A stretch of 64,000 nucleotides of DNA from Spirochaetia bacterium (lineage in GTDB: Bacteria > Spirochaetota > Spirochaetia > UBA9216): contig CAXXYH010000003.1 of NCBI GenBank assembly GCA_963677925.2, positions 320,001 through 384,000 on the forward strand, read 5' to 3'. Shown one piece after another: positions 48,799 to 59,785 of this stretch. A program made the position numbers and the translations under genes. The notes below the pieces were generated by a model. It searched no databases, was not told where the DNA came from, and saw nothing but the letters and a program-made list of their open reading frames with translations. Numbering within the stretch: the stretch's first letter is position 1; each line of letters begins with the position of its first letter.

Positions 48799-50352
48799 AT
48801 GGCTTCCAGAGAACAGAAACGCAGATCACGTCATTTATCCAGTGAAAAAATTGATATGGCAGAGAAAAAAAAGGCAAACCACCCTGTAATGTGGATTGTC
48901 AGCCTTCTTACACTTGTAGTTATTATAGTTGCATTCGTAGGCGCACCTATAGCAGGTAGAATAAGTTCAGGCAACACTGCAGTTTTCGGTTCATACGATG
49001 GACAGGCGATTACATATTATGACGGCTCCTACTTTGCAGATCAGATTGCAAGCATAGCAGATAATTACAGCGATGCAATAACAGATGCCAATTCACAATT
49101 CATCCAGTATCAGGTATGGCGGACAGCCTTTGACAATACCGTTATAAGAACGGCCATGATTGTTGATGCACAAAACAGCGGCCTTAACGTGTCCGGTAAT
49201 GCAGTAGATAAAGCTATTGTCTCTTACGGACCGTTTATGGAAAATGGTGAATTCAGTGAGAATCTTTATTCACAGTCATCAAATATCGAAAAAAAGAATG
49301 TCCGGAGCAGGCTAAAAGAAGAATTGATTTTTAATGAATACCTTATGGATATTTATTCCATTAACGGAAGTGAAGCTGAAGCCGACTTTCTTAAAGAGAT
49401 TGCCGCAACAACAAAGAGCTTCAATTACGTAGTTTATAATTTCTCGGACTTTCCGCTTGAAAAAGCAGCCGAGTATGCAGAGACTAATTCAGATCTGTTT
49501 AAAAATGCAGCATTAAGCAAAATCACAATCAATACAGACCGTAAGGATGCAGAGCAGGTACTTGAAAAACTTAATGCCAACCCGGAAATGTTTTCTGAAC
49601 TTGCAAAAACTCAGTCCTCTGATCCTTATGCCGACAAAGGCGGAGAGATGGGCGAAACATACTACTACGAACTTAAAAATCTCATCTCCGATGCAGACGC
49701 TGTTGATTCTATCTTCAGCCTTCCAGTAAACGGAATCAGTGATATTGTTGAAAACGAAACTACCTGGGTTATTTATCAGGTAACATCTGAAATAGAGAAT
49801 CTTGATACTTCAAATGATTCTTCACTTGAAAAAGTTAAAACATATATGTCTCAGTTTGAAAAAGGTGTCATTGAAGATTACTTCACAGACCTTGCTCAGG
49901 AGTTCATTGATATAGCTTCTGCTTCAGGTTTTGAAAATGCAGGTATTCTTAAAAATACTGCTGTTCATGAGACCAATTATGCACCTTTGGTTTATGGCAA
50001 TCCTTCTGTTTCTTATTATGGCCAGAACATTCCTGTTTATACTCAGCTTTCAGATGCCGACGGAAACTCCTTTCTGTCAAATGCCTCTTTTAATGAATAT
50101 TTTCTAAAGAGTATAAATAAGCTTGAGAATGATGATGTATCAGAGCCACTTATTCTTAACAACCAGATTATTGTTATGCAGCTTAAAGATGTTAAAGAAG
50201 CGGAAGGTGATGAACTTGAGTCAATTCCATCAATGGTAGCATATAGTGCTCAGACCTGGCAGAGCGAAAGAGAACGTGATATCGTATTCGCATCTGATAA
50301 ACTCGAAGACAACTTCACAGAGGTGTTTACAAGAATTTTCGTTTCTAACTGA
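48799..50352 (+). CDS. SurA/PpiD-like peptidyl-prolyl isomerase / chaperone
   Basis: N-terminal TM, FGSYDG, rotamase motif FSELAKTQSSD..DKGGEMG; ATG 48799 after AAGGA. Confidence 0.8.
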   Translation: MASREQKRRSRHLSSEKIDMAEKKKANHPVMWIVSLLTLVVIIVAFVGAPIAGRISSGNTAVFGSYDGQAITYYDGSYFADQIASIADNYSDAITDANSQFIQYQVWRTAFDNTVIRTAMIVDAQNSGLNVSGNAVDKAIVSYGPFMENGEFSENLYSQSSNIEKKNVRSRLKEELIFNEYLMDIYSINGSEAEADFLKEIAATTKSFNYVVYNFSDFPLEKAAEYAETNSDLFKNAALSKITINTDRKDAEQVLEKLNANPEMFSELAKTQSSDPYADKGGEMGETYYYELKNLISDADAVDSIFSLPVNGISDIVENETTWVIYQVTSEIENLDTSNDSSLEKVKTYMSQFEKGVIEDYFTDLAQEFIDIASASGFENAGILKNTAVHETNYAPLVYGNPSVSYYGQNIPVYTQLSDADGNSFLSNASFNEYFLKSINKLENDDVSEPLILNNQIIVMQLKDVKEAEGDELESIPSMVAYSAQTWQSERERDIVFASDKLEDNFTEVFTRIFVSN

Positions 50353-50354
50353 TA

Positions 50355-51944
50355 ATGTTAGACAATAAACCGGTTCTGACAGTACGTGAAGGCATACAGA
50401 ATGTCAGCTATCAGAACCGGCTGTTGTACAAAGATGATATAAATATCATCATCAACTCTCTAAAATCAGCTCCTGATACACTGTATATTGTAATCTCACC
50501 ACTTTTATTTAAAGGTATTAAAGAACTTAAACGTTTCACTGGAACCAGTAAAAATATCCTTCTTATTGAAAACAATCATGAACTTTATAATTTTTCACTG
50601 AACTTCATGGAGCCTGAATTAAGGGACCTGCCCTACTTCTATACTGACAATAGTCCTTTACCGGCAGAAATTATTAATTTTTTAAATTCCGGTTCTTTTC
50701 GCAGGATCTGTCCTGTTTATCTTAATTCTTCCTATTTTTTTGATCGAAACTATTACAAAAATCTCGTGAATGAAATGAGCAGCTATATTCAGCGTTTATG
50801 GAAAAACAGACTTACCATGATACACATGGGACGTCTATGGAGCAGAAATATATTTCTCAATCTAGAATTTCTTCCTGATTCCTGTGAAATAAACAGTATT
50901 TATACAAACAAAAATGTCTTAGTTGCTGCAGCTGGAGAATCTTTAGAAATAGCAATCGAAGTCATAAAAGAGAATAGAGACCAATTTTTTTTAATTGCTG
51001 TAGACACAGCCCTGGGAACCTTATTATCAAACAGGATAACTCCTGATTTGTGCGTTGTTCTTGAAGCCCAGCACGCTAATCTCATGGACTTCTACTATCC
51101 TGAGGCTTTCAATATTCCTGCTGTTTTCGATTTAACATCATCACCGGAAGTTATCAGAAAGCATTGCGGAAAAAAATATTTTATTCTTTCTGAGTACACA
51201 GATACCAGTTTAATAAAGATACTTAAAGCTAACTATTTATGCCCGCCGCTTATTCCTCCTTTAGGTTCGGTTGGCATTGCTGCTCTCTACCTGGCTTTAA
51301 AAATAAGCTCTTCAGAGGTATTATTCACCGGTCTCGATTTTTCTTTTACCCCTGATAAATATCATTCAAACGGTTCTCCCACTCATAAACTATCACTGAT
51401 GAACTGGCAAAGGCTTAAGCCTCCTCAGTATTTTGAGGCGGTTCTTGCTCCCAACCGTCATAAATGCAAAGATAAATCGGGACGTACGGTTTTTACAGAT
51501 CCCATCATGGAATCATACTCAGAAAGAATTATTGAACTTGATAAAATTGATAAACGTCTTATTGATACAGCTGTCTATGGGCTTGAAGTTTGCTCAAAAC
51601 ATATTACTTTAAACGAAGTAACTGCAACAGTAAGCTCTATTGATATAAAAATTGAAAATGAAAAACATACAGGCTCTGTTTATAAAGCTGCAGCTATAAA
51701 AACTTTTATCAACAGTGAATTGGATAAACTAAACCGCGCTTCTGAAGAGGTGGTTGTATTTTTAAATGGAGAAGACAAAAGAAACGATGATTTAATTCAA
51801 AAATTAAAGGAATTAGATTACTGCTTTTATTTCTTTCCGGATTACAGAAACTCACCGGTCGTAGAAAGAAGTTTTCTTAAAAGATTCCTTGTTTCCAGCC
51901 GGTGGTTCAGCGAATATCTAAAAAAGATTACAGAAAAGATGTAG
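50355..51944 (+). CDS. DUF115 / motility-associated factor (Maf/MptE-like) protein
   Basis: WSRNIFLN, AAAGESL, IAVDTAL, PDLCV, GSVG, GLDFSF..YH. Confidence 0.75.
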   Translation: MLDNKPVLTVREGIQNVSYQNRLLYKDDINIIINSLKSAPDTLYIVISPLLFKGIKELKRFTGTSKNILLIENNHELYNFSLNFMEPELRDLPYFYTDNSPLPAEIINFLNSGSFRRICPVYLNSSYFFDRNYYKNLVNEMSSYIQRLWKNRLTMIHMGRLWSRNIFLNLEFLPDSCEINSIYTNKNVLVAAAGESLEIAIEVIKENRDQFFLIAVDTALGTLLSNRITPDLCVVLEAQHANLMDFYYPEAFNIPAVFDLTSSPEVIRKHCGKKYFILSEYTDTSLIKILKANYLCPPLIPPLGSVGIAALYLALKISSSEVLFTGLDFSFTPDKYHSNGSPTHKLSLMNWQRLKPPQYFEAVLAPNRHKCKDKSGRTVFTDPIMESYSERIIELDKIDKRLIDTAVYGLEVCSKHITLNEVTATVSSIDIKIENEKHTGSVYKAAAIKTFINSELDKLNRASEEVVVFLNGEDKRNDDLIQKLKELDYCFYFFPDYRNSPVVERSFLKRFLVSSRWFSEYLKKITEKM

Positions 51945-51945
51945 A

Positions 51946-53751
51946 TCAGTTATCTTCAGTTTTAAGAACTGAAAGAAAAGCTTTCTGGGGCAGTTCTACA
52001 TTTCCAACCATCTTCAGACGCTTCTTTCCTTCCTTCTGCTTTTCAAGGAGTTTACGTTTTCTTGAAATATCACCGCCGTAACATTTTGCAGTAACATCCT
52101 TACGAAGAGCAGAGATGGTCTCTCTGGCAATGATATTGGAACCTATAGCGCCCTGAAGAGCTATTTTAAACTGATGTCTCGGAATTTCATCTTTCAGCTT
52201 CCGGCATGCTAGACGCGCACGTGCTGTTGCATTCTCACGGAATACAAGCTGTGAAAGCGCATCGACCTTATCTCCGTTGATCATTATATCAAGTTTTACA
52301 AGATCAGTAGTGCGGTAATCACGTATCTCATAATCAAAGGAGGCATAGCCTCTGCTTATTGATTTCAACCGGTCATAAAAGTCGAAGAGAACTTCCGCCA
52401 GAGGCATCTCATATGTAAGTTCGACACGTTTTTCATCAAGGTAATTCATTCCTGTCTGAACACCTCTTTTTTCCAGACACAGATTGATAATAGGCCCTAT
52501 ATATTCTTTCGGGCAGATAATTGCTGCTTTAATATAAGGCTCTTCTGTATGCTGGATTTTTGCGGGATCAGGGTACTCTGACGGGTTGTCAATGTTAACC
52601 AGCTCTCCATTATTGAGCTGTACCTTATAAGCTACAGAGGGTGCAGTTAATACTATTGAAAGGCCGAACTCCCTTTCAATACGTTCCTGAACAACTTCCA
52701 GATGAAGCATACCCAGAAATCCGCATCTAAAACCGAAACCAAGCGCTACAGAAGCATCCTTCTCGTAAATCAGCGAAGCATCATTAAGCTTGAGCTTATC
52801 TATAGCAGTATGAAGCTCTTCATAATCATCAGAGTTAACCGGATATATAGAAGAAAACACAACGGGCTTTACTTCCCGGAATCCTCCAAGCGGTCTATCA
52901 CAGGGATTTTTCTCACTTGTAACAGTATCACCAACGCGGATATCTGAAATATTCTTTATACCGGCAATAAAATATCCTACTTCACCGGCAGTAAGAAGAT
53001 CTTTTTTATTGAGTACGACCCTGAAAATGCCTGTTTCTTCGACCTTGTAGACTGTATCAGAGGCCATAAGCTTTATATTCATTCCCGGAGCTATTTTACC
53101 GTCAAAAACCCTGATATGAACAATAACTCCACGGTAGGGGTCATAATGTGAATCAAAAATTAAAGCTTTAAGCGGCTTTTCAACAGAACCATCCGGAGAA
53201 GGTATGTTTTCTACGATTGATTCAAGCAAATCTTCTATCCCGATTCCGTTCTTCGCAGAAACAAGCATTGCAGCATCGGGATCAAGACCAAGTTCATGAT
53301 CTATCTGATGCTTGACCATATCGATATCAGCACTGGGCAGATCAATTTTATTAATTACCGGAATAATTTCCAAATCGTACTCAATGGCCATGTACATATT
53401 CGCAAGTGTCTGAGCTTCAACGCCCTGGCTTGCATCAACAAGAAGAAGAGCGCCCTCACAAGATGAAATAGCTCTGGAGACTTCGTATGAAAAATCCACA
53501 TGACCGGGAGTATCAACAAGGTTAAGTTCATACTCAACCCCGTTTTTATCAATATAAGGAATTGTAACAGCCTGGGATTTAATTGTAATCCCCCGCTCCC
53601 GCTCAATATCCATACTGTCGAGTATCTGATTCTTATATTCACGTTCCGAGATTATCATTGCCTTTTCGATAAATCGGTCGGCAAGGGTTGATTTTCCGTG
53701 GTCTATATGCGCAATAATACAGAAATTTCGTATTTCAGCTGTGTTACTCAT
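51946..53751 (-). CDS. lepA: Elongation factor 4
   Basis: [51 protein letters not shown]. Confidence 0.98.
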   Translation of the reverse strand: MSNTAEIRNFCIIAHIDHGKSTLADRFIEKAMIISEREYKNQILDSMDIERERGITIKSQAVTIPYIDKNGVEYELNLVDTPGHVDFSYEVSRAISSCEGALLLVDASQGVEAQTLANMYMAIEYDLEIIPVINKIDLPSADIDMVKHQIDHELGLDPDAAMLVSAKNGIGIEDLLESIVENIPSPDGSVEKPLKALIFDSHYDPYRGVIVHIRVFDGKIAPGMNIKLMASDTVYKVEETGIFRVVLNKKDLLTAGEVGYFIAGIKNISDIRVGDTVTSEKNPCDRPLGGFREVKPVVFSSIYPVNSDDYEELHTAIDKLKLNDASLIYEKDASVALGFGFRCGFLGMLHLEVVQERIEREFGLSIVLTAPSVAYKVQLNNGELVNIDNPSEYPDPAKIQHTEEPYIKAAIICPKEYIGPIINLCLEKRGVQTGMNYLDEKRVELTYEMPLAEVLFDFYDRLKSISRGYASFDYEIRDYRTTDLVKLDIMINGDKVDALSQLVFRENATARARLACRKLKDEIPRHQFKIALQGAIGSNIIARETISALRKDVTAKCYGGDISRKRKLLEKQKEGKKRLKMVGNVELPQKAFLSVLKTEDN

Positions 53752-53837
53752 TATTGTATGATTTCTCCTTAACCATATTCAGGCATGGTCGGACTTCAGA
53801 TTTGTTTGTATGTATTATAATGATTTATAGAGTTATT

Positions 53838-54491
53838 TCAACCAGCATTATGCTTCATGGACCATTCGACAGCCCTTTGAATAAGTTCAATTCCGTCATT
53901 CAAATTGAGTTTTATTTTTAAATGAGATTTATAGGTCTCTATAGTTTTCACACTCAAATTCAGCTGTTCCGCTATACTTTTAGTTTTTAGACCGTTGCCT
54001 ATCATCTGAAAAACTTCAAATTCGCGGTCACTGAGAATATCTATCGGATCTACTTTATCCTTTCTTCCGCCGTATGCAAGGTTCTCGATCATTTTGGACT
54101 GCATTTTACTGCTAAGATAGATTTCTCCTCCTGCAACTTTTCCTACAGCTGTTATGATATCGTCTACTGCCTCAGCTTTCATGATAAAGCCTCTTGCGCC
54201 GGCTCTGAGAACTCTCTCTGCATAAATTTCCTCATCATGCAGACTGACAACAAGTACTTTTACCTCAGGACAGAGCGCCTGAAGATCCTTAATAAGTTCA
54301 ATACCGTTACTGTTTTTCAGAGACAAATCAACCATCGCAACGTCGGGTTTAAGTTTCTGAATCAGTTCGAGTGCTTCTGAGGCATCTTCAGCCTTGCCTA
54401 CAACTTCAAAATTCTTTTCGGAATTTATCAGTTTTGCAAAGCCTTCCCGCACAATTGGATGATCATCAACTATTATTATCCTCTTCAACAA
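53838..54491 (-). CDS. NarL/LuxR-family response regulator
   Basis: VDDHPIVREG, DLSL, LSDREFEVF, LSVKTIETYK. Confidence 0.93.
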   Translation of the reverse strand: MLKRIIIVDDHPIVREGFAKLINSEKNFEVVGKAEDASEALELIQKLKPDVAMVDLSLKNSNGIELIKDLQALCPEVKVLVVSLHDEEIYAERVLRAGARGFIMKAEAVDDIITAVGKVAGGEIYLSSKMQSKMIENLAYGGRKDKVDPIDILSDREFEVFQMIGNGLKTKSIAEQLNLSVKTIETYKSHLKIKLNLNDGIELIQRAVEWSMKHNAG

Positions 54492-56253
54492 CTTCTTTCT
54501 CCCCGTAGTTAAGCGGTACCCTGCAAATCACAAGAGTACCTTCTCCTTCTTCACTGTGTACAGACATTGAACCATTTATAATATTCGCCCTGTAACTCAT
54601 AATTCTTAAACCTATTCCGGCTTTTTTTGTTTCAGAAAAACCTTTTCCGTTATCTTTTATAGATAATATTAGTTCTGACTGTACTATATGCAGATAAATA
54701 AACAATTTCGTGCAGTTTGCATGCTTGGCAGCATTATTGATCGCTTCCTGAGCAATATGATACAACTGAGTTTCTGTAATGATACTCACAGGTTTTATTA
54801 AATCGTCAATCTGAGTTTCTACCGCCATCTGATAAACCCTTCTTGCAAAGTTGGCAAGATCCTCTAATGCATGAGGCAGCCCTTCAGTCTGAAGTTTTAT
54901 AGGCACAAGGCCTTTTGCAAGCTCCCGAGTCTGCATAATAGCATTTTTTATAAGGTCTTCAGTCTCTTTGAGTTTCTCGATAAAATCAGGCTGCTGTAAT
55001 GGTTTCAGTTCATTCTCAAGTGATTTTACATTCAGCAGAATTCCCGTAAGCTGCTGTCCAAGGCTGTCATGAAGGTCCTGACCTATTCTTTCCCGCTCTT
55101 TTTCACTTGTTTCAAGAACTTCCTTTTCAAGAGCCTTCTTTTCAGTGATATCTCTTGCAATAACAGATATACCGGTAATTTTCCCATCCTTATCCTTTAT
55201 CGGTGATGGAAGAATTGACATTTGTACAAGTTCACCATTCTTTCTTTGTCTGATTCCGTCATAGTGAAGAACAATTTCATGATTTTTCAACTTTTCTATC
55301 TTGTCGGTTAATTCATTCGGGTAATTAGACGGAGTTATCATGCTTATATTTTTACCAATCGCTTCAATCGGGGTATATCCGAAAACAGCTTCTGCACCGC
55401 TGTTCCAGGTCCGTATAGTACCGTCTGTTTTAATACCAATAATTGCATCACTTGAAGATTCCACAATCGATACTAGTCTGGAACTGATTGTTTCAATCTT
55501 TTTTCTTTCCTCTATATCCCTCAGTACATAAACATAACCCACAGGCTCTTTAAATGTATCCAAAAGTGTAGTTACAACAAACTCAACCCGTAGAAGATTT
55601 CCGCCTGTTTTATTTTTTAGTCTGTATTCGTTTTTAAACCGCTTTTTACGTTTTGTATGAAAGGGGTGAACATAGGCTTCATTATTATCATCAAGGAGCT
55701 TAAACCCTACCTGTTCTATATTTAATTTTGCATTAATATTTTTTTTAATTTTCAGAAGCTTTTCTGCGGGTTTATTGATGAATTGTATATTACCTTCCAT
55801 ATCTATTGTAATTACAGCATCTTCAATATTCTCCAGAGTAGTATTAAGGAGAAATTCATTCTCATGAACCTTTCTTTCAAGCTGACTTTTATATATAGCC
55901 ATCTCAATGGTCGAATGCAGTTCACTGTAATTGAATGATTTTGTAATATATCCATATGGAGCCGTTATCTTCGCTCTGGAAAGCGTAAGTTCATCGGTAT
56001 AGCCAGTTATATAGATTATCGGAATAGCGAAAGCCTTATTTATCTGTTCTGCGGTCTGTATACCATCCATCTCGCCGGACAGCTGGATATCCATTAGAAT
56101 AAGATCGGGTTTATCCCTCTTTATCATTTCCAGAGCTTCTTCTCCGGATGGAACAGCGTCAATTACGCTGTAACCCATTTCATGCAGAGTGTTGGCCATA
56201 TCGAGTGACAGGATACCCTCGTCTTCAACTATTAGAATCTTATTCTTATTCAT
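54466..56253 (-). CDS. Cytoplasmic REC-PAS-PAS-HisKA_3 histidine kinase
   Basis: ILIVEDE..MDIQL, two PAS domains, ERERIGQDLHDSLGQ, QEAINNAAKHA, DNGKGF, GIGL. Confidence 0.92.
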   Translation of the reverse strand: MNKNKILIVEDEGILSLDMANTLHEMGYSVIDAVPSGEEALEMIKRDKPDLILMDIQLSGEMDGIQTAEQINKAFAIPIIYITGYTDELTLSRAKITAPYGYITKSFNYSELHSTIEMAIYKSQLERKVHENEFLLNTTLENIEDAVITIDMEGNIQFINKPAEKLLKIKKNINAKLNIEQVGFKLLDDNNEAYVHPFHTKRKKRFKNEYRLKNKTGGNLLRVEFVVTTLLDTFKEPVGYVYVLRDIEERKKIETISSRLVSIVESSSDAIIGIKTDGTIRTWNSGAEAVFGYTPIEAIGKNISMITPSNYPNELTDKIEKLKNHEIVLHYDGIRQRKNGELVQMSILPSPIKDKDGKITGISVIARDITEKKALEKEVLETSEKERERIGQDLHDSLGQQLTGILLNVKSLENELKPLQQPDFIEKLKETEDLIKNAIMQTRELAKGLVPIKLQTEGLPHALEDLANFARRVYQMAVETQIDDLIKPVSIITETQLYHIAQEAINNAAKHANCTKLFIYLHIVQSELILSIKDNGKGFSETKKAGIGLRIMSYRANIINGSMSVHSEEGEGTLVICRVPLNYGEKEVVEEDNNS

Positions 56254-58052
56254 AATATTCTGTTAATATCCAGATAACTCCCTAATTGTATAACAGTTTC
56301 AAGAAATCCTGCCTTTCTTTTTTTAATTTTTAAGTTCATTAGTATTATTTCATTCTCATCATCATAGTACCATGAACTTATACTGAACGGGTCATTAATC
56401 GACAAGCCGGTCTCATCAGCCGGCATTCCAGGATAAACTTCATTTATTATATATTCTTTACTGATAAAACCGGAATCCCCTTCACTTATCTGCATACCGA
56501 ATAATGCAGGTATTATAGAATATGGCTCCTCACCATGAATTGCATCAGCAAGGGGAATGTCAGGTCGTTCATCCGTTAAAACTATAATTTGCTTTTGAAC
56601 GGTACCGCTTTTAACGTCCAACCTGATAATACTTCCCGGCTGCTTTGAAATTAAAATTTCCTGTGCATCGGCAATACGGTTAACAGGTATTCCGTCAATA
56701 GAAACAATTCTGTCACCGGTTTCAAGCCTCCATCCGGAAAGACTTGAAGAAGGATCTATATAAAGAATATCGAGGTTTTCAGACCCAGTCTCATGACTTT
56801 CATACACGGCTGTTCCAATCCAGGATTTTTTCATTTTACCGCCGTCAAATAGATAAGGAAGTGCATGAACAACCCATCTTGATGGAATGATAAAGTTTAC
56901 ACCTTCAAACTGTTCAATACCGGCGAAAACAATCCCGACAAGATCGCCGTTTTCATCTACAACCGGCCCGCCGCTATTACCGGCATTTATAGGAACATCT
57001 ACCTGAATTGTATCTCCTATAGGAAGAAGTCTTCTATCCCCTGATGCCGAAATAATCCCGGATGTGATAGTTTTCTCGAGTCCGCCGGGAGAACCTATTG
57101 CATAAATCTTCTCACCAGGGGTAAAACTTCGTGTTTTAGAAAAGTTAAAAATAAACTCAGGCTCATAACTTGTTTTAAGAAGCGCCAGGTCCAGTGAAGA
57201 ATCATACCCGATAACCTCTGCAGGTATTCTGATATCAGAATTATCAGTTTTTATATAAAGTCTGGAATAACCTTCGTACTCAGGATCAACCTCACTTGCA
57301 ATAACGTGATAGTTGGTCATAAGATATCCGGATTTATCAATAAAAAATCCGCTGCCTATTACCCTGTCAGGATAACCCACTCCGCTTTCGATTCTAATCC
57401 CCCGGTTAACCCAGATTGTAGCGGTACCTTTCAGCATTTCAAACGGTTTTGGTTTCTCATCCAGTATTGATACAGCTTCTTCCAGTTCTCCTGCAAGCCC
57501 GGGATAATTATTAATAAGAAAATTGAGAACAGCCTTATTTTTCTGAGCCAAAGCAGTTTCAAAAATCAGATTAAACTGTTCAGCATCCAACTCTGCCTTC
57601 TGTTGTTTATTAATTATTCTGTCAAGAAAATATATCAGTCCCCGCGACTTCTCTCTGCCTTCAAGATATAAAACTGTCTGCTTAACGTACAGCTCACTTA
57701 AGTTGTACCCTGTTTCCAAACCGGCTGCACTCAATGAATTTAGATATGCGGCTGCAGTGTTATAATTATGATTCTCAACAGACTGGGTAAAAATTCCCAA
57801 CAGCCCGCTCCTTGCTTTTTCGTTGTAATCTAAAAGACTACTCCGGAATTCCGGGATAAGCTCCTCTTCATTTAATAACATTTCCGATCTCACAAGTATT
57901 TTCTGATACTCATTATCATCCAGATACTTATACAAGCTGGAAATTGTATTTTCATAGAATGTAGCCGAATTTATTTCTGCTTTATCATTAGTTACGCAGG
58001 AGAATATCAAGGGAAAACTGAGCAGGATACAGATTTTCAGCAAAAACTTCAT
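56250..58052 (-). CDS. Trypsin-like serine protease lipoprotein with PDZ domain (HtrA-like)
   Basis: Lipobox LIFSC, GSGFF, TNYHV, DLALLK, INAGNSGGP, GDRIVSIDG. Confidence 0.9.
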   Translation of the reverse strand: MKFLLKICILLSFPLIFSCVTNDKAEINSATFYENTISSLYKYLDDNEYQKILVRSEMLLNEEELIPEFRSSLLDYNEKARSGLLGIFTQSVENHNYNTAAAYLNSLSAAGLETGYNLSELYVKQTVLYLEGREKSRGLIYFLDRIINKQQKAELDAEQFNLIFETALAQKNKAVLNFLINNYPGLAGELEEAVSILDEKPKPFEMLKGTATIWVNRGIRIESGVGYPDRVIGSGFFIDKSGYLMTNYHVIASEVDPEYEGYSRLYIKTDNSDIRIPAEVIGYDSSLDLALLKTSYEPEFIFNFSKTRSFTPGEKIYAIGSPGGLEKTITSGIISASGDRRLLPIGDTIQVDVPINAGNSGGPVVDENGDLVGIVFAGIEQFEGVNFIIPSRWVVHALPYLFDGGKMKKSWIGTAVYESHETGSENLDILYIDPSSSLSGWRLETGDRIVSIDGIPVNRIADAQEILISKQPGSIIRLDVKSGTVQKQIIVLTDERPDIPLADAIHGEEPYSIIPALFGMQISEGDSGFISKEYIINEVYPGMPADETGLSINDPFSISSWYYDDENEIILMNLKIKKRKAGFLETVIQLGSYLDINRIL

Positions 58053-58054
58053 TT

Positions 58055-59719
58055 TCAGTCCTTTTCTACAAGATCGAATTCTCCATTCATTTTAGAAGAA
58101 AACTCTTTATACACTGTACCATCTTTTTCATAAACTCTGCAGTCGTAAATGCCATCTTCATTAAAATCCCATAATGATATCTGCTGCTGACCGTCAAATT
58201 CAATTTTATACTCATATATTCCATTTGAATTTTCATCTGCCTCTATTGAAACAAGTTTTCCATTCACATAATTCTCTTTCATATCAACTAAATCATCGTA
58301 ATTAATATCTTTAAATCCCATCAGGGTCTCGTTCATACTCTGTATATACGTATAATTTCCGTTAAGTTCATTATAGACACGGAGAACCGAAATCTTTTCA
58401 TCCCGGCGGTTCCATTCCCTTATAAGCCGGTTCATAGTATCCGTCGAGTTTCGTGAACTGTACTCAGCGATCCGTACAGAATTATCGCTAAGATAATCTA
58501 TATTGCTGCCGGCTTCTATTATTTTTTCAGTATCAGGAGCAGTTCTTTTCAAACCTGAAGGCGCGGTTAAAAAATCAATACGGACGGAATTGGTTATCAT
58601 TGTATACACTTTAAGTATGCCGTTGCTTGTAATACTTATTTCATCGACAAATGGATAATTTGAGTAAGTTACTCTTATAAAATCTTTATCAGTGTAAAGT
58701 ACTTCTACGGGATAGCCTTTCTCGAATATTATAATAAGTTCAATTATACCATCCTGATTGTCATCTATACTTAGCCCTGTTAATAAACCGTTTTCATAAA
58801 GATAAAGCTCTTCATAGAAATTATCTCCATTGGTATCTTCATATATTTTACCTGTATATTCACTTTTAGCTTTTTTGATTATCTCTCTTCCGCTCAGCTG
58901 AGGGACAGACCTTTCAAGCTCAGCAGTCAATGTCCTTGATTCGAGAATATTTCTATTCAGCAGCTGTAAAATCCTGTTATCATCAAGTGTCCCGTTAAGA
59001 CGATAATCATTCAAAAGCACCTCTACTGAAGAACCGCCGTCACGCAGATAGCGTTCTATTACCGTCTTTTTATCACGATCATCCAAAAGCTTTACAGAAT
59101 CCGCCAGAACTTCAAGATATCCATTCTTATCATCAAAAAACAATTCATTTCTTATGAGTCTGTGAAGATAATCACCGCTTATTTTCGAATAGAGACCTGC
59201 AAACCGGTAATCATAAGGATATCTTTTTACTGCTCTCTCAAGAACATCCTGATACCTGTCATCATTCAGATATTTCAGACAAAGCACGTAAATGTACATC
59301 AAATCCACATCAGAATAAGAGGGATAATATTTTGTCTCAACAAAATCTACAAGTTTACCATACTGCTTTGTTCTGAACATCAGGAGGGAGAGTTCGGACA
59401 TACAGTCTGAAGTTGAAAAAATCAGCCAATCATCATATTCGAGTGCTGCAGACATATAGGCCTGGGCCATGGGGATCTTATTATCCCGTTTCCAGGCTAT
59501 CATACCTTTCAGGAAGGCGGAATCTGACGAAGTATCATAAAATTCATCAACTTTTTCAATCAGGGATTCGCTTAATTTATAGTCATCAAGCTGATACGCG
59601 GCAGCCGCCTTTTTAAGATAGACAATACTGATTTGGCGGTCGGTGGATACAGCAAAAACATTCCCGGATACAATAATCAGGAAAATTAAGATACATTTGT
59701 ATAATTTTATCAGAGACAT
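58055..59719 (-). CDS. Exported hypothetical protein, TPR-like N-terminus and DxNxDG repeats
   Basis: Signal peptide; DTNGDN, DDNQDG, DINYDD, DENSNG, DFNEDG. Confidence 0.65.
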   Translation of the reverse strand: MSLIKLYKCILIFLIIVSGNVFAVSTDRQISIVYLKKAAAAYQLDDYKLSESLIEKVDEFYDTSSDSAFLKGMIAWKRDNKIPMAQAYMSAALEYDDWLIFSTSDCMSELSLLMFRTKQYGKLVDFVETKYYPSYSDVDLMYIYVLCLKYLNDDRYQDVLERAVKRYPYDYRFAGLYSKISGDYLHRLIRNELFFDDKNGYLEVLADSVKLLDDRDKKTVIERYLRDGGSSVEVLLNDYRLNGTLDDNRILQLLNRNILESRTLTAELERSVPQLSGREIIKKAKSEYTGKIYEDTNGDNFYEELYLYENGLLTGLSIDDNQDGIIELIIIFEKGYPVEVLYTDKDFIRVTYSNYPFVDEISITSNGILKVYTMITNSVRIDFLTAPSGLKRTAPDTEKIIEAGSNIDYLSDNSVRIAEYSSRNSTDTMNRLIREWNRRDEKISVLRVYNELNGNYTYIQSMNETLMGFKDINYDDLVDMKENYVNGKLVSIEADENSNGIYEYKIEFDGQQQISLWDFNEDGIYDCRVYEKDGTVYKEFSSKMNGEFDLVEKD

Positions 59720-59759
59720 AAAAAAAACCCCCTCTCATTATCGGTATGAAGGGGGTTTA
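59720..59759 (-). terminator. Terminator after ftsH
   Basis: A-run-ccccct..tcat...atga-aggggg (U-tail on minus). Confidence 0.7.
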
Positions 59760-59785
59760 TCTGCAAATTGTTTATGTAAAAATAC

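Noticed and set aside
47366-48800. Possible island integrated at tRNA-Pro
   Set aside because: No integrase and no duplicated tRNA 3' end (att site) seen
53838-56253. Two-component pair as a novel system
   Set aside because: Ordinary REC-PAS-HisKA_3/NarL architecture with intact motifs
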